Both the position numbers and the translations under genes were made by a program. The notes beneath the pieces are model-generated. The model saw only the letters and a program-made list of their open reading frames with translations, was not told where the DNA came from and ran no database searches. A stretch of DNA of 64,000 nucleotides, from positions 160,001-224,000 of the forward strand of contig CAVYYZ010000003.1 of assembly GCA_963772835.1 (NCBI GenBank), written 5' to 3'. Source of the stretch: an uncultured delta proteobacterium (GTDB lineage Bacteria > Desulfobacterota > Desulfuromonadia > Geobacterales > Pseudopelobacteraceae). This document shows, piece by piece, positions 25,118 to 33,197 of the stretch. Position 1 is the stretch's first letter. Each line of letters begins with the position of its first letter.

Positions 25118-26114
25118 AATTGCTGTTGCCGGCTACGGGTATTGGGGGCCGAATCTTGTCCGCAATATTCAGGATTCGAAGGATGCGTGTGTTGTGTCCT
25201 GTTGTGATACAAGTGAAGAACGGCTCGCCCAGGTAAGGGGGAAATATCCCTCGATCGAGACGACGACTGATTATAACGACCTTTTAAACGATCCGGCAGT
25301 GAGTGCGATTGTCATAGCAACGCCGGTTGCCACCCACTACGACTTTGCCCGCAAGGCGATGGAACATGGCAAGCACGTGCTCCTCGAAAAACCGGCCACT
25401 ACGTCAGTGGCGGAAGCCGAAAAACTTCTGGACCTCGCTGAAAAACACCGGATCACCTACATGGTCGACCATACGTTTATCTATACAGGCGCAGTACGTA
25501 AAATGAAGGAAATTGTGGATCATGGTGATCTGGGTGACCTCTATTACTTCGATTCGGTCCGCATCAATCTCGGCCTGTTCCAACGTGACGTGAATGTCCT
25601 GTGGGATCTGGCCCCCCATGACATTGCCATTATGGAACATCTCGTCAAGGAAAGGCCCGCAAGCGTTTGTGCCACCGGTGCATGCCACGTCGGCAACGGT
25701 CACGAGAACGTGGCGTACCTGACGGTGTACTTCCCCAGCGGAATGATCGGCCATTTCCACAACAACTGGCTCTCGCCGGTCAAGGTGCGCACAATGCTGG
25801 TCGGCGGCAGCAAAAAAACGATTCATTACGATGACATGGAGGTAAGCGAGAAAATAAAGATATATGACCGTGGCGTCGATATCACCACGCCGGAAGGGGT
25901 GCGGGACGTCAGGGTCTCCTACCGGATGGGCGATATGTGGGCGCCCCGGCTGGACCAGGCCGAGGCACTCAGTCGCATGATCGGCGAATTCACGGGATGC
26001 ATACAAACGGGACGTACGCCCATGACTGACGGGAACAGCGGTCTGAACGTCGTGAAAATACTGGAAGCATCTGAAATGTCAATCAAGCATCGGGGAAAGG
26101 AGATTAAATTATGA
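25110..26114 (+). CDS. Gfo/Idh/MocA oxidoreductase (WbpB/WlbA-like sugar 3-dehydrogenase)
   Basis: GYGYWGPN, HVLLEKP, WDLAPHD; ATG 25110 overlaps the wzt end. Confidence 0.88.
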   Translation: MIKIAVAGYGYWGPNLVRNIQDSKDACVVSCCDTSEERLAQVRGKYPSIETTTDYNDLLNDPAVSAIVIATPVATHYDFARKAMEHGKHVLLEKPATTSVAEAEKLLDLAEKHRITYMVDHTFIYTGAVRKMKEIVDHGDLGDLYYFDSVRINLGLFQRDVNVLWDLAPHDIAIMEHLVKERPASVCATGACHVGNGHENVAYLTVYFPSGMIGHFHNNWLSPVKVRTMLVGGSKKTIHYDDMEVSEKIKIYDRGVDITTPEGVRDVRVSYRMGDMWAPRLDQAEALSRMIGEFTGCIQTGRTPMTDGNSGLNVVKILEASEMSIKHRGKEIKL

Positions 26115-27799
26115 GTGACAATCCCAAACAGAGCATCAGGAACGTAAAGCTTGGTGAAAATACAAGAATAGCCGACTTTGTAAACCTTTACGGCTGCGAA
26201 ATCGGTGACAACTCGAGAATCGGCGCTTTTGTGGAGATCCAGAAAAATGCCTCGATCGGTAGGAATGTCAAGGTTTCAAGTCATACGTTTATCTGTGAAG
26301 GTGTCACCATTGAGGATGATGTGTTCGTCGGGCACAATGTCTCCTTCATTAACGACAAGTATCCGCGTGCGACCGCCAACGGACAACCGCAGACCGAGGC
26401 TGACTGGGAGTGCGTTCCGACCCTGATCAAAAAAGGAGCTTCAATCGGTACGAGTTCGACGATTCTGTGCGGTGTTACCGTTGGTGAAAATGCCATTGTC
26501 GGCGCAGGTAGTGTCGTGACGAAGGATGTACCGGCACACGTTGTTGTCGCAGGGATTCCGGCTCATTTTGTACGTGCAATTGAAAATGAGAGTGTGGTCA
26601 AGGAGGTTGGGGCAAAGCCGGTTCCGTTTCTTGACTTGAAAGCGCAGTATACATCAATCAAAGCGGAGATCCAGCCGGCGGTCAACCGGGTTTTGGATAA
26701 CTGCTCGTATATACTTGGGGAAGAAGTCGCAGCCTTTGAACGGGATTTCTCTGCCTATCAGAATGCCGGATTCGGGATCGCAGTCAATACCGGTACCAGC
26801 GCACTCCACCTTGCACTGCTTGCGGCCGGTATCGGCCCGGGCGATGAGGTGATAACGGTTCCCTTCACCTTTGTTGCTACTGTTGCGGCCATTGTCTACA
26901 CCGGTGCCCGGCCCGTTTTTGTCGATATTGATCCGAAGTCGCTGACGATGGATGTCAGTCGCATCGAAAAAGCCATTACGCCCCGTACAAAAGCGATTCT
27001 GCCGGTTCACATTCATGGCCAGTCGGCCGATATGGACCCAATTTTGGAGATCGCCAGACGTCGTGGGCTGATTGTCATCGAGGATGCCTGCCAGGCGCAT
27101 GGTGCCGAATACAAGGGACGTCGGGTCGGAAGTATCGGTGATATGGGCTGCTTCAGTTTTTATCCCGGCAAAAACCTCGGAGCGTACGGCGAGGGCGGGA
27201 TGGTGGTGACGAACGACCAGAAGTATGAACATACAATTCGTATGTTGCGAGATTGGGGTGCGGAAAGTAAATATTGGCACATTCTGAAGGGATATAATTA
27301 TCGTATGGAAGGCATGCAGGGAGCAATCCTTCGCGTCAAGCTTCGTCACCTGGAAGAGTGGACCGAAGCACGCCGAAGCCATGCAAACCGGTATCACGGG
27401 CTCTTGGCAGATTCCGGTGCCACGTTGCCGTGCGAGATGCCCTATAACCGCCATGTGTACCATATCTACGCCATCCGGGTGCCGGAACGGGATACCTTTC
27501 AGAAAGCATTAGCGGCACATGGCGTTCAGAGCGGCATCCACTATCCGATACCGGTTCACCTTCAACCGGCATATGCAGATCTCGGGTACACGGTGGGGGA
27601 TTTCCCACACACTGAAGCGGCTTCCCTGGAAGTTCTTTCACTGCCGATGTTTGCGGAATTAACCAATGATCAGCAGAATATCGTGTCAAAGGCTGTGCAA
27701 GATGTATTCAGGGAAATATCTCCGCCACTTTCAGAAACTCTGTCGATTACTATCCGTGAGGAAGAACAGTACACGGTTGATTCGGAAGGTGTCGCTTGA
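26111..27799 (+). CDS. Fused hexapeptide N-acyltransferase + DegT/DnrJ/EryC1/StrS aminotransferase
   Basis: aa 1-155 left-handed beta-helix (IGAFVEIQKNASIG, FINDKYPRA); from PVPFLDLKAQY a PLP enzyme (EDACQAHG, FSFYPGKNLGAYGEGG). Confidence 0.9.
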   Translation: MSDNPKQSIRNVKLGENTRIADFVNLYGCEIGDNSRIGAFVEIQKNASIGRNVKVSSHTFICEGVTIEDDVFVGHNVSFINDKYPRATANGQPQTEADWECVPTLIKKGASIGTSSTILCGVTVGENAIVGAGSVVTKDVPAHVVVAGIPAHFVRAIENESVVKEVGAKPVPFLDLKAQYTSIKAEIQPAVNRVLDNCSYILGEEVAAFERDFSAYQNAGFGIAVNTGTSALHLALLAAGIGPGDEVITVPFTFVATVAAIVYTGARPVFVDIDPKSLTMDVSRIEKAITPRTKAILPVHIHGQSADMDPILEIARRRGLIVIEDACQAHGAEYKGRRVGSIGDMGCFSFYPGKNLGAYGEGGMVVTNDQKYEHTIRMLRDWGAESKYWHILKGYNYRMEGMQGAILRVKLRHLEEWTEARRSHANRYHGLLADSGATLPCEMPYNRHVYHIYAIRVPERDTFQKALAAHGVQSGIHYPIPVHLQPAYADLGYTVGDFPHTEAASLEVLSLPMFAELTNDQQNIVSKAVQDVFREISPPLSETLSITIREEEQYTVDSEGVA

Positions 27800-27829
27800 C
27801 ACGTAAAGAGAAGATATGAGGTCCACATC

Positions 27830-28816
27830 ATGAAGATACGGGGAAATAAATTCCTGATTACCGGCGGTGCCGGACTGATGGGTTCCCACATTGCCGACAG
27901 GCTGTTGGCCGGTGGGGCATCAAAGATAATTCTGCTCGATAATTTCGTGCGCGGCAGTATGCACAACATCGACGAGCAATTGAAAGATCCCCGTGTGCAG
28001 CTGGTGAGGGGAGATATCCGTAATCCGGAACTGCTCATGGAACTGGCCGATAGCATGGACGGTGTCTTTCATATGGCAGCGATACGAATAACGGCCTGTG
28101 CGGACAATCCCCGCGAAGCAATGGAAGTCATGATGATGGGGACACATAACGTGCTCCAGGCTGTGGTAGAGCAGAAAGTCGGCAGATTGCTGTATGCTTC
28201 ATCAGCGTCTGTTTACGGGCTGGCAGACATATTTCCCACCACTGAAAAACACCATCCGTACAATAACCGGACCTATTACGGAGCGGCGAAGGTAGCGGGG
28301 GAGGGTATGGTCCGCTCATTTGCCGAGATGTACGGGCTTCAGTATGCGGCCATGAGATATTTCAATGTGTACGGGCCCCGAATGGACATTGACGGTAAGT
28401 ACACGGAAGTTCTTGTCCGGTGGCTCGACCGGATTGAGGCGGGTCAGACACCCCTTATTTTCGGTGATGGTTTGCAAACAATGGATATGGTCTACATAGA
28501 TGATGTCATCGATGCCAATATCCTGGCAATGGAATCGGATGTAACCGATGAGGTGTTCAATGTTGCAAGTGGGGTCGAGACCAGTCTTTTGGGACTGCTC
28601 CAGACGCTGCTCAGGGTTACTGAGTCAACTCTTAAACCGGAATTCATGCCTGAGAGGACGGTCAATCCGGTCCCGAGGCGTCTTGCTGACACGAGAAAAG
28701 CTGCAAGTCAACTCGGCTTTAAAGCCAAAGTAAGTCTGGAAGAGGGATTGCGGCGGCTTATCGTGTGGAGGAGGGACGTTCTTCTCAGGCAGGAAGGTAA
28801 GCCGGTACCTCTGTAA
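27830..28816 (+). CDS. NAD-dependent epimerase/dehydratase (extended SDR)
   Basis: TGGAGLMG, ASSASVYG, YGAAK, RYFNVYGP. Confidence 0.93.
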   Translation: MKIRGNKFLITGGAGLMGSHIADRLLAGGASKIILLDNFVRGSMHNIDEQLKDPRVQLVRGDIRNPELLMELADSMDGVFHMAAIRITACADNPREAMEVMMMGTHNVLQAVVEQKVGRLLYASSASVYGLADIFPTTEKHHPYNNRTYYGAAKVAGEGMVRSFAEMYGLQYAAMRYFNVYGPRMDIDGKYTEVLVRWLDRIEAGQTPLIFGDGLQTMDMVYIDDVIDANILAMESDVTDEVFNVASGVETSLLGLLQTLLRVTESTLKPEFMPERTVNPVPRRLADTRKAASQLGFKAKVSLEEGLRRLIVWRRDVLLRQEGKPVPL

Positions 28817-28823
28817 GTGAGGC

Positions 28824-28865
28824 TAACCAGGTACGGTTAAACCAGAACGGTTAACCAGTGAGGGT
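28824..28865. repeat. Three imperfect 14-nt tandem repeats (intergenic)
   Basis: TAACCAGGTACGGT / TAAACCAGAACGGT / TAACCAGTGAGGGT. Confidence 0.6.
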
Positions 28866-28871
28866 AACGCC

Positions 28872-30125
28872 ATGATTCCAATCGCGAAACCGTGTCTCGG
28901 AAAAGAAGAGGTGGAGGCCGCCCGGGATGTCATTCTTTCGGGCTGGTTGACGCAGGGACCGAAGGTCAAACAGTTTGAAGATGACTTTGCCGCCTACACA
29001 GGCGCACCCTTTGCCTGTGCTGTTTCCAGCTGCACGACAGCCCTCCACCTGGCACTTCTGGCCGTCGGCGTACAACCGGGGGATGTGGTTGTCACCGTAA
29101 GTCACTCATTTATCGCAACGGCAAATTCGATACGGTACTGTTGTGCAGAACCGGTCTTTGTTGATATCGACCCGCAGACCTTCAACATGTCTCCCGAATC
29201 GCTCAGAAAGTGTCTGTACGAGGAATGCGAGCAGCAGAATGGCGAACTCTACTATCATGATGTTGCACATCTTGCTGTTGGAGAATCGCCCCTGTGCAAT
29301 TTCAACGAGGTTACGAATCCCGCGACACGATATGCATCGGGACGGGTGGCCGCGATTGTGCCGGTACATCAGATGGGTATGCCATGCGACTTGAATGCCA
29401 TCCTGTCAATTGCAGCAGAGTTCGGTATTCCGGTGGTTGAAGATGCGGCATGTGCGATCGGCAGTGAAATATACAGTGTCTGCGGTTGGCAGAAAATAGG
29501 CAGGCCTCACGGTGACGTCGCCTGTTTTTCGTTTCATCCGCGCAAAATTGTCGCAACCGGTGACGGCGGCATGATAACGACGGGAAATCCCGATTATGAC
29601 AGAAAGTTTCGCCTGCTCAGACAGCACGGCATGTCTATCCCCGATACGGTGCGGCATAGTACCGATACGGTGCTTTTTGAAGAGTATGTGACCACCGGGT
29701 ATAACTACAGGATGACCGACCTTCAGGCTGCCATAGGCATTGAACAGCTTAAGAAGCTGCCCGCTTTTCTGGAGGAGCGGAGAAGAATAGCTGCGATCTA
29801 TCAGGAAAAGCTGAAAGACGTATACTGGCTAGAACTCCCTCAGGAATCATCGATATGCAAAACAAACTGGCAGAGCTATCCGGTGAAAGTCCGATCAGGC
29901 GCACCGATACACCGCGACGAACTTATGCAGCTTCTGCTGGATAACGGGATTTCAACCCGCCGGGGAATTATGAATGCACATCAGGAGTTACCGTATCACT
30001 CGAACGTATCGCTGCAACAATCTGAAAACGCACGAGATAATACAATTTTATTGCCGGTATTCAATGGCATGAAAGAGCGTGACGTCGATGAAGTCGTGAG
30101 AGGAGTGATGGCCCATGTCCCGTAA
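28872..30125 (+). CDS. DegT/DnrJ/EryC1/StrS aminotransferase with internal insertion
   Basis: SGWLTQGP, SSCTTALHLAL, EDAACAIG, FSFHPRK, GYNYRMTD. Confidence 0.93.
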   Translation: MIPIAKPCLGKEEVEAARDVILSGWLTQGPKVKQFEDDFAAYTGAPFACAVSSCTTALHLALLAVGVQPGDVVVTVSHSFIATANSIRYCCAEPVFVDIDPQTFNMSPESLRKCLYEECEQQNGELYYHDVAHLAVGESPLCNFNEVTNPATRYASGRVAAIVPVHQMGMPCDLNAILSIAAEFGIPVVEDAACAIGSEIYSVCGWQKIGRPHGDVACFSFHPRKIVATGDGGMITTGNPDYDRKFRLLRQHGMSIPDTVRHSTDTVLFEEYVTTGYNYRMTDLQAAIGIEQLKKLPAFLEERRRIAAIYQEKLKDVYWLELPQESSICKTNWQSYPVKVRSGAPIHRDELMQLLLDNGISTRRGIMNAHQELPYHSNVSLQQSENARDNTILLPVFNGMKERDVDEVVRGVMAHVP

Positions 30126-30771
30126 ACTTTTATTATTTCCGTTCGGCGGTAACGCGCGTGAAGCTCTCATGTCTGTATTTGCCATAAATGAGAGGTATAA
30201 GGAGTGGGATATTCTGGGTTTTATAGATGACGATCAATCGCGACATGGAAAAGAATGCTGCGGAATTATGGTGTTGGGTGGCAGGGAACTTCTCAGAGAA
30301 ATCCCGGATGTGTTTGTTCTTGCCGTTCCCGGCAGTCCATCGAACTACCGAAGTCGCGCCAAAGTTATCGGGAGTCTTGGTATCGAAGATTCAAGGTTTG
30401 CCACAATCATTCACCCTTCAGCTGGCAGAGCGCTTGATGCAGTAATCGGCTGCAACACGGTCATAATGTCCAATGTGATCATCAGTTGCGGCGTTACCAT
30501 CGGCAGCCATTGTGTCATCCTGCCGAATACAGTTGTTTCACATGACAGTGTTGTCGGTGATTACTGCTGCATTGGATCAAATGTCTCTGTTTCCGGATCT
30601 GTCCACATCGGTGCCAATTGTTATATCGGTTCAGGAACGAAACTGCGCGAGGACATTCACATCGGAGAGGGAACTCTCGTGGGGCTCGGTTCAAATGTGC
30701 TTTCGGATCTTCCGCCAGGAGTTATTGCCGTCGGAAGTCCTGCAAAAGTTATGAGGGAAAGTACTCCTTAA
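30115..30771 (+). CDS. NeuD/PglD-type sugar acetyltransferase
   Basis: N-terminal GGNARE...GFIDDD, ATIIHPSA, VSHDSVVG, hexapeptide repeats, GSPAK. Confidence 0.9.
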   Translation: MSRKLLLFPFGGNAREALMSVFAINERYKEWDILGFIDDDQSRHGKECCGIMVLGGRELLREIPDVFVLAVPGSPSNYRSRAKVIGSLGIEDSRFATIIHPSAGRALDAVIGCNTVIMSNVIISCGVTIGSHCVILPNTVVSHDSVVGDYCCIGSNVSVSGSVHIGANCYIGSGTKLREDIHIGEGTLVGLGSNVLSDLPPGVIAVGSPAKVMRESTP

Positions 30772-30797
30772 CTCACACTATCTATAGACAGAAAAGT

Positions 30798-30832
30798 GGG
30801 GCGGTTTCGTCGGATTTTGATGGAACCGCCCC
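30798..30832 (+). terminator. GC-rich hairpin after the sugar-biosynthesis operon
   Basis: GGGGCGGTT...AACCGCCCC inverted repeat; no strong U-tract on the + strand. Confidence 0.55.
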
Positions 30833-30864
30833 GTATTACGTCCATAGCCATAGGAAAAAAAAGG

Positions 30865-30901
30865 CGTAAAGAATCTCCTGTATATGTCGGAAAACTTGAC
30901 A
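30865..30901 (+). promoter_or_regulatory. Enhancer (PEP-CTERM-box-like), copy B
   Basis: CGTAAAGAATCTCCTGTATA + 17-mer TGTCGGAAAACTTGACA, 61 nt upstream of the sigma54 site. Confidence 0.7.
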
Positions 30902-30962
30902 ATTTCATCGTTAAGCTGAATGTGGAATATTATAAAAGCCTGTAATAACAGAAACATGAGAG

Positions 30963-30979
30963 TTGGCATGCCAATTGCT
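30963..30979 (+). promoter_or_regulatory. Sigma54 promoter of flp pilin
   Basis: TTGGCAT-GCCAA-TTGCT, consensus. Confidence 0.85.
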
Positions 30980-31152
30980 AAAATTAAAATATACTCTTCG
31001 ATACAGTTTTTATCGGCTTGGTGCCGTTGGAACCCAGGATTGGAATTCAATATGAAGGGAGGTGGTGCCGGTTGATTGTCAGATATCTGCAAAAAGTGAA
31101 AGATCACTGCTTTGAATCTGCTCACCAGCATCAATATCAAGGAGGTGTAATC

Positions 31153-31341
31153 ATGAAACCGATGACCGAATGGTATATAAAAACACAGTCCATGCTGAAA
31201 GATGAAAAAGGACAGACGATGGTTGAATACGCGCTTCTGCTTGTCTTGATCGCGTTGGTAGTTGCCGCGTTAATACCCGGAGTTACGACCGCAATTGGTA
31301 CTGCATATACAAATATTGCCAATGCATTAACATCTGCATAA
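31153..31341 (+). CDS. flp: Flp/Fap pilin 1
   Basis: KDEKG/QTMVEYALLLVLIA Flp motif; RBS GGAGGT; possible alternative TTG start at 31072. Confidence 0.93.
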   Translation: MKPMTEWYIKTQSMLKDEKGQTMVEYALLLVLIALVVAALIPGVTTAIGTAYTNIANALTSA

Positions 31342-31347
31342 ATAAAT

Positions 31348-31378
31348 CTTTTGGGGAAGGCATTGCCTTCCCCAAAAG
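31348..31378. terminator. Perfect 15-bp inverted repeat between the two pilin genes
   Basis: CTTTTGGGGAAGGCA-T-TGCCTTCCCCAAAAG. Confidence 0.75.
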
Positions 31379-31418
31379 TCTTACCAGCCTAAAAACCGGC
31401 AACTATAAGGGTGGGTAT

Positions 31419-31610
31419 ATGATTGCTTATCTTACATATTCTTGTCGTCTAACAACAGTATTGAAACTGGATGATGAAAAGGGACAGACTTTGGTAGAGT
31501 ATGCACTCTTGCTGCTGTTGTTGGTGATTATTGTTGCTGTGGTACTCCCAAGCGTTAGTACCGCACTTACCCCCGCTTACACATCAATTTCCGTAGCATT
31601 CTCACCGTAA
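31419..31610 (+). CDS. flp: Flp/Fap pilin 2
   Basis: DDEKG/QTLVEYALLLLLLV. Confidence 0.88.
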   Translation: MIAYLTYSCRLTTVLKLDDEKGQTLVEYALLLLLLVIIVAVVLPSVSTALTPAYTSISVAFSP

Positions 31611-31809
31611 AAACTTCAAAACGCCTTCGCCTATAAAACCCCGTCGTTATTGTCGCACAATAATTAACATTATGTAGATTATTTACAACCGGCTAATTTC
31701 TTTGTCAGAAGCGGCGTAATTGTCATTATGAGATTCTTACACAAGAAATATATAGCCGTAATGGTGCGATTAATTATCCATAACTCACCGTAATAAAACA
31801 ACATTAATT

Positions 31810-31826
31810 ATGGCATGAAAGATGTA
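31810..31826 (+). promoter_or_regulatory. Possible sigma54 promoter of the tad assembly genes
   Basis: ATGGCAT-GAAAG-ATGTA; palindromic TGTAGATTATTTACA ends 123 nt before TGGC. Confidence 0.45.
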
Positions 31827-31898
31827 CTCACCTTTTTCATGAAGCTGATAGCAAAAGATAAATTACCCAAAAGTCTATCCTCATAAAAGGGCACCGCC

Positions 31899-32285
31899 AT
31901 GAAATTAAGTAATCAAAAAGGACAGGCATTAGTGGAACTGGCGCTGTCGCTTTTTCTTCTGGTTCTTTTGGTTTTCGGTGTATTTGAGTTTGGCAGAGCC
32001 ATGTTCGTCAAGAATTCGCTCAACCTTGTTGCGCGTGAGGGTGCCCGCCGAGCTTCCGTAATCGATCCGTGGAATGCCACAACGATAGAAAGTTATGTGA
32101 GAGCCAGCGTCCCTCAGCCTCTTCAACCCGGATTAGTTATAAACGTTACACCTGCTTCACCGCAACACGGTATAGACACGGTAAAGGTGAAAGTCCAACT
32201 GCCATTCACCACCGTAGTTCCGCTCCTGATAACACAGTTGGATAGTATTACTCTCAGCGCTGAAGCAGCAATGCGATATGAATAA
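31899..32285 (+). CDS. tadE: TadE-like pseudopilin
   Basis: QKG/QALVELAL, FEFGRA, AREGARRA. Confidence 0.9.
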   Translation: MKLSNQKGQALVELALSLFLLVLLVFGVFEFGRAMFVKNSLNLVAREGARRASVIDPWNATTIESYVRASVPQPLQPGLVINVTPASPQHGIDTVKVKVQLPFTTVVPLLITQLDSITLSAEAAMRYE

Positions 32286-32312
32286 ACGTAATCGGTTAGA
32301 CAAGGAGGAGCC

Positions 32313-33170
32313 ATGAAACGACCCAGTTCGGTAGTCATTACAGGTGTTTTAGCTTTTGTATTTGCAGGCTGCGCTTCTTTGCTTGCCTACAACTATCTGA
32401 AAAAACATGAAGGGAAGGCATTTCAGGGTGTGGCCGTTGTTTCTGCCGCCACTGATGTTCCCATAGGGACGGCGCTGAACGCGACTCATGTCAGGTTGGC
32501 AACCTGGCCAAAAGAGAACGTTCCTTCAGGTTATTATACCGATGCAGCGGCACCGCTCGGACGGGTGGCTGTGCGCCCCTTAAGCGCCGGTGATATCGTC
32601 ACCGAGCAGAAGCTCATGCCGCTGAATGCAGCTGCAAACGGCGGTATCATGACCTATATCGTGCCGCAGGGGCATCGGGCAGTAACGGTGGCAGTCAATG
32701 AAGTGGCCGGAGTAGCCGGATTCATTACTCCTAACAGCAGGGTGGATGTTGTTCTGACTTCATCACTGCCGGGAAATAAAGAAGAAAGCTTGAGTAAAGT
32801 CATTCTGCAAAATGTTTCAGTGTTGGCGACCGGTCAGGTTACGGAGCAGAAAGACGGCAAACCTGCTGTTGTCCCGACTGTCACGCTGGATCTGACCCCC
32901 GAAGATGCCGAAAAACTGATTGTCGGTGCGCATGTCAAGAAGGGGTCCCTCCAGCTCCTGTTGAGAAATATTATTGATATAAACGCCGTCAGTACGCGCG
33001 GCGCAACCATCAGCAATGTACTCGGCCGCGGAGAGCGTGTTGTTACCGCCAAATCAACGTTACCGAAGCGAGTACACCAATCCGCGTCTCCTCCTCCAAA
33101 ACCGGCAACGTATACCGTAGAGGTTATCAAGGGCGGTGCAAAATCGTCCCGTGAATTTTCAGCCGAATAA
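32313..33170 (+). CDS. cpaB: Flp pilus assembly protein CpaB/RcpC
   Basis: TM + SAF domain, GHRAVTVAVNEVAGVAGFITPNSRVDV, ILQNVSVLA, VTLDLTPEDAEKL. Confidence 0.93.
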   Translation: MKRPSSVVITGVLAFVFAGCASLLAYNYLKKHEGKAFQGVAVVSAATDVPIGTALNATHVRLATWPKENVPSGYYTDAAAPLGRVAVRPLSAGDIVTEQKLMPLNAAANGGIMTYIVPQGHRAVTVAVNEVAGVAGFITPNSRVDVVLTSSLPGNKEESLSKVILQNVSVLATGQVTEQKDGKPAVVPTVTLDLTPEDAEKLIVGAHVKKGSLQLLLRNIIDINAVSTRGATISNVLGRGERVVTAKSTLPKRVHQSASPPPKPATYTVEVIKGGAKSSREFSAE

Positions 33171-33197
33171 AAATATTCTATGAAATGAGGTGACAGG

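Noticed and set aside
30980..31152. c-di-GMP/cGAMP (GEMM) riboswitch in the long flp leader
   Set aside because: I could not find the GEMM hallmark sequences; an Infernal scan would be needed to exclude it fully.
31153..31610. Conductive e-pilin
   Set aside because: Flp-type, not type IVa PilA, and the mature pilins have few aromatic residues.
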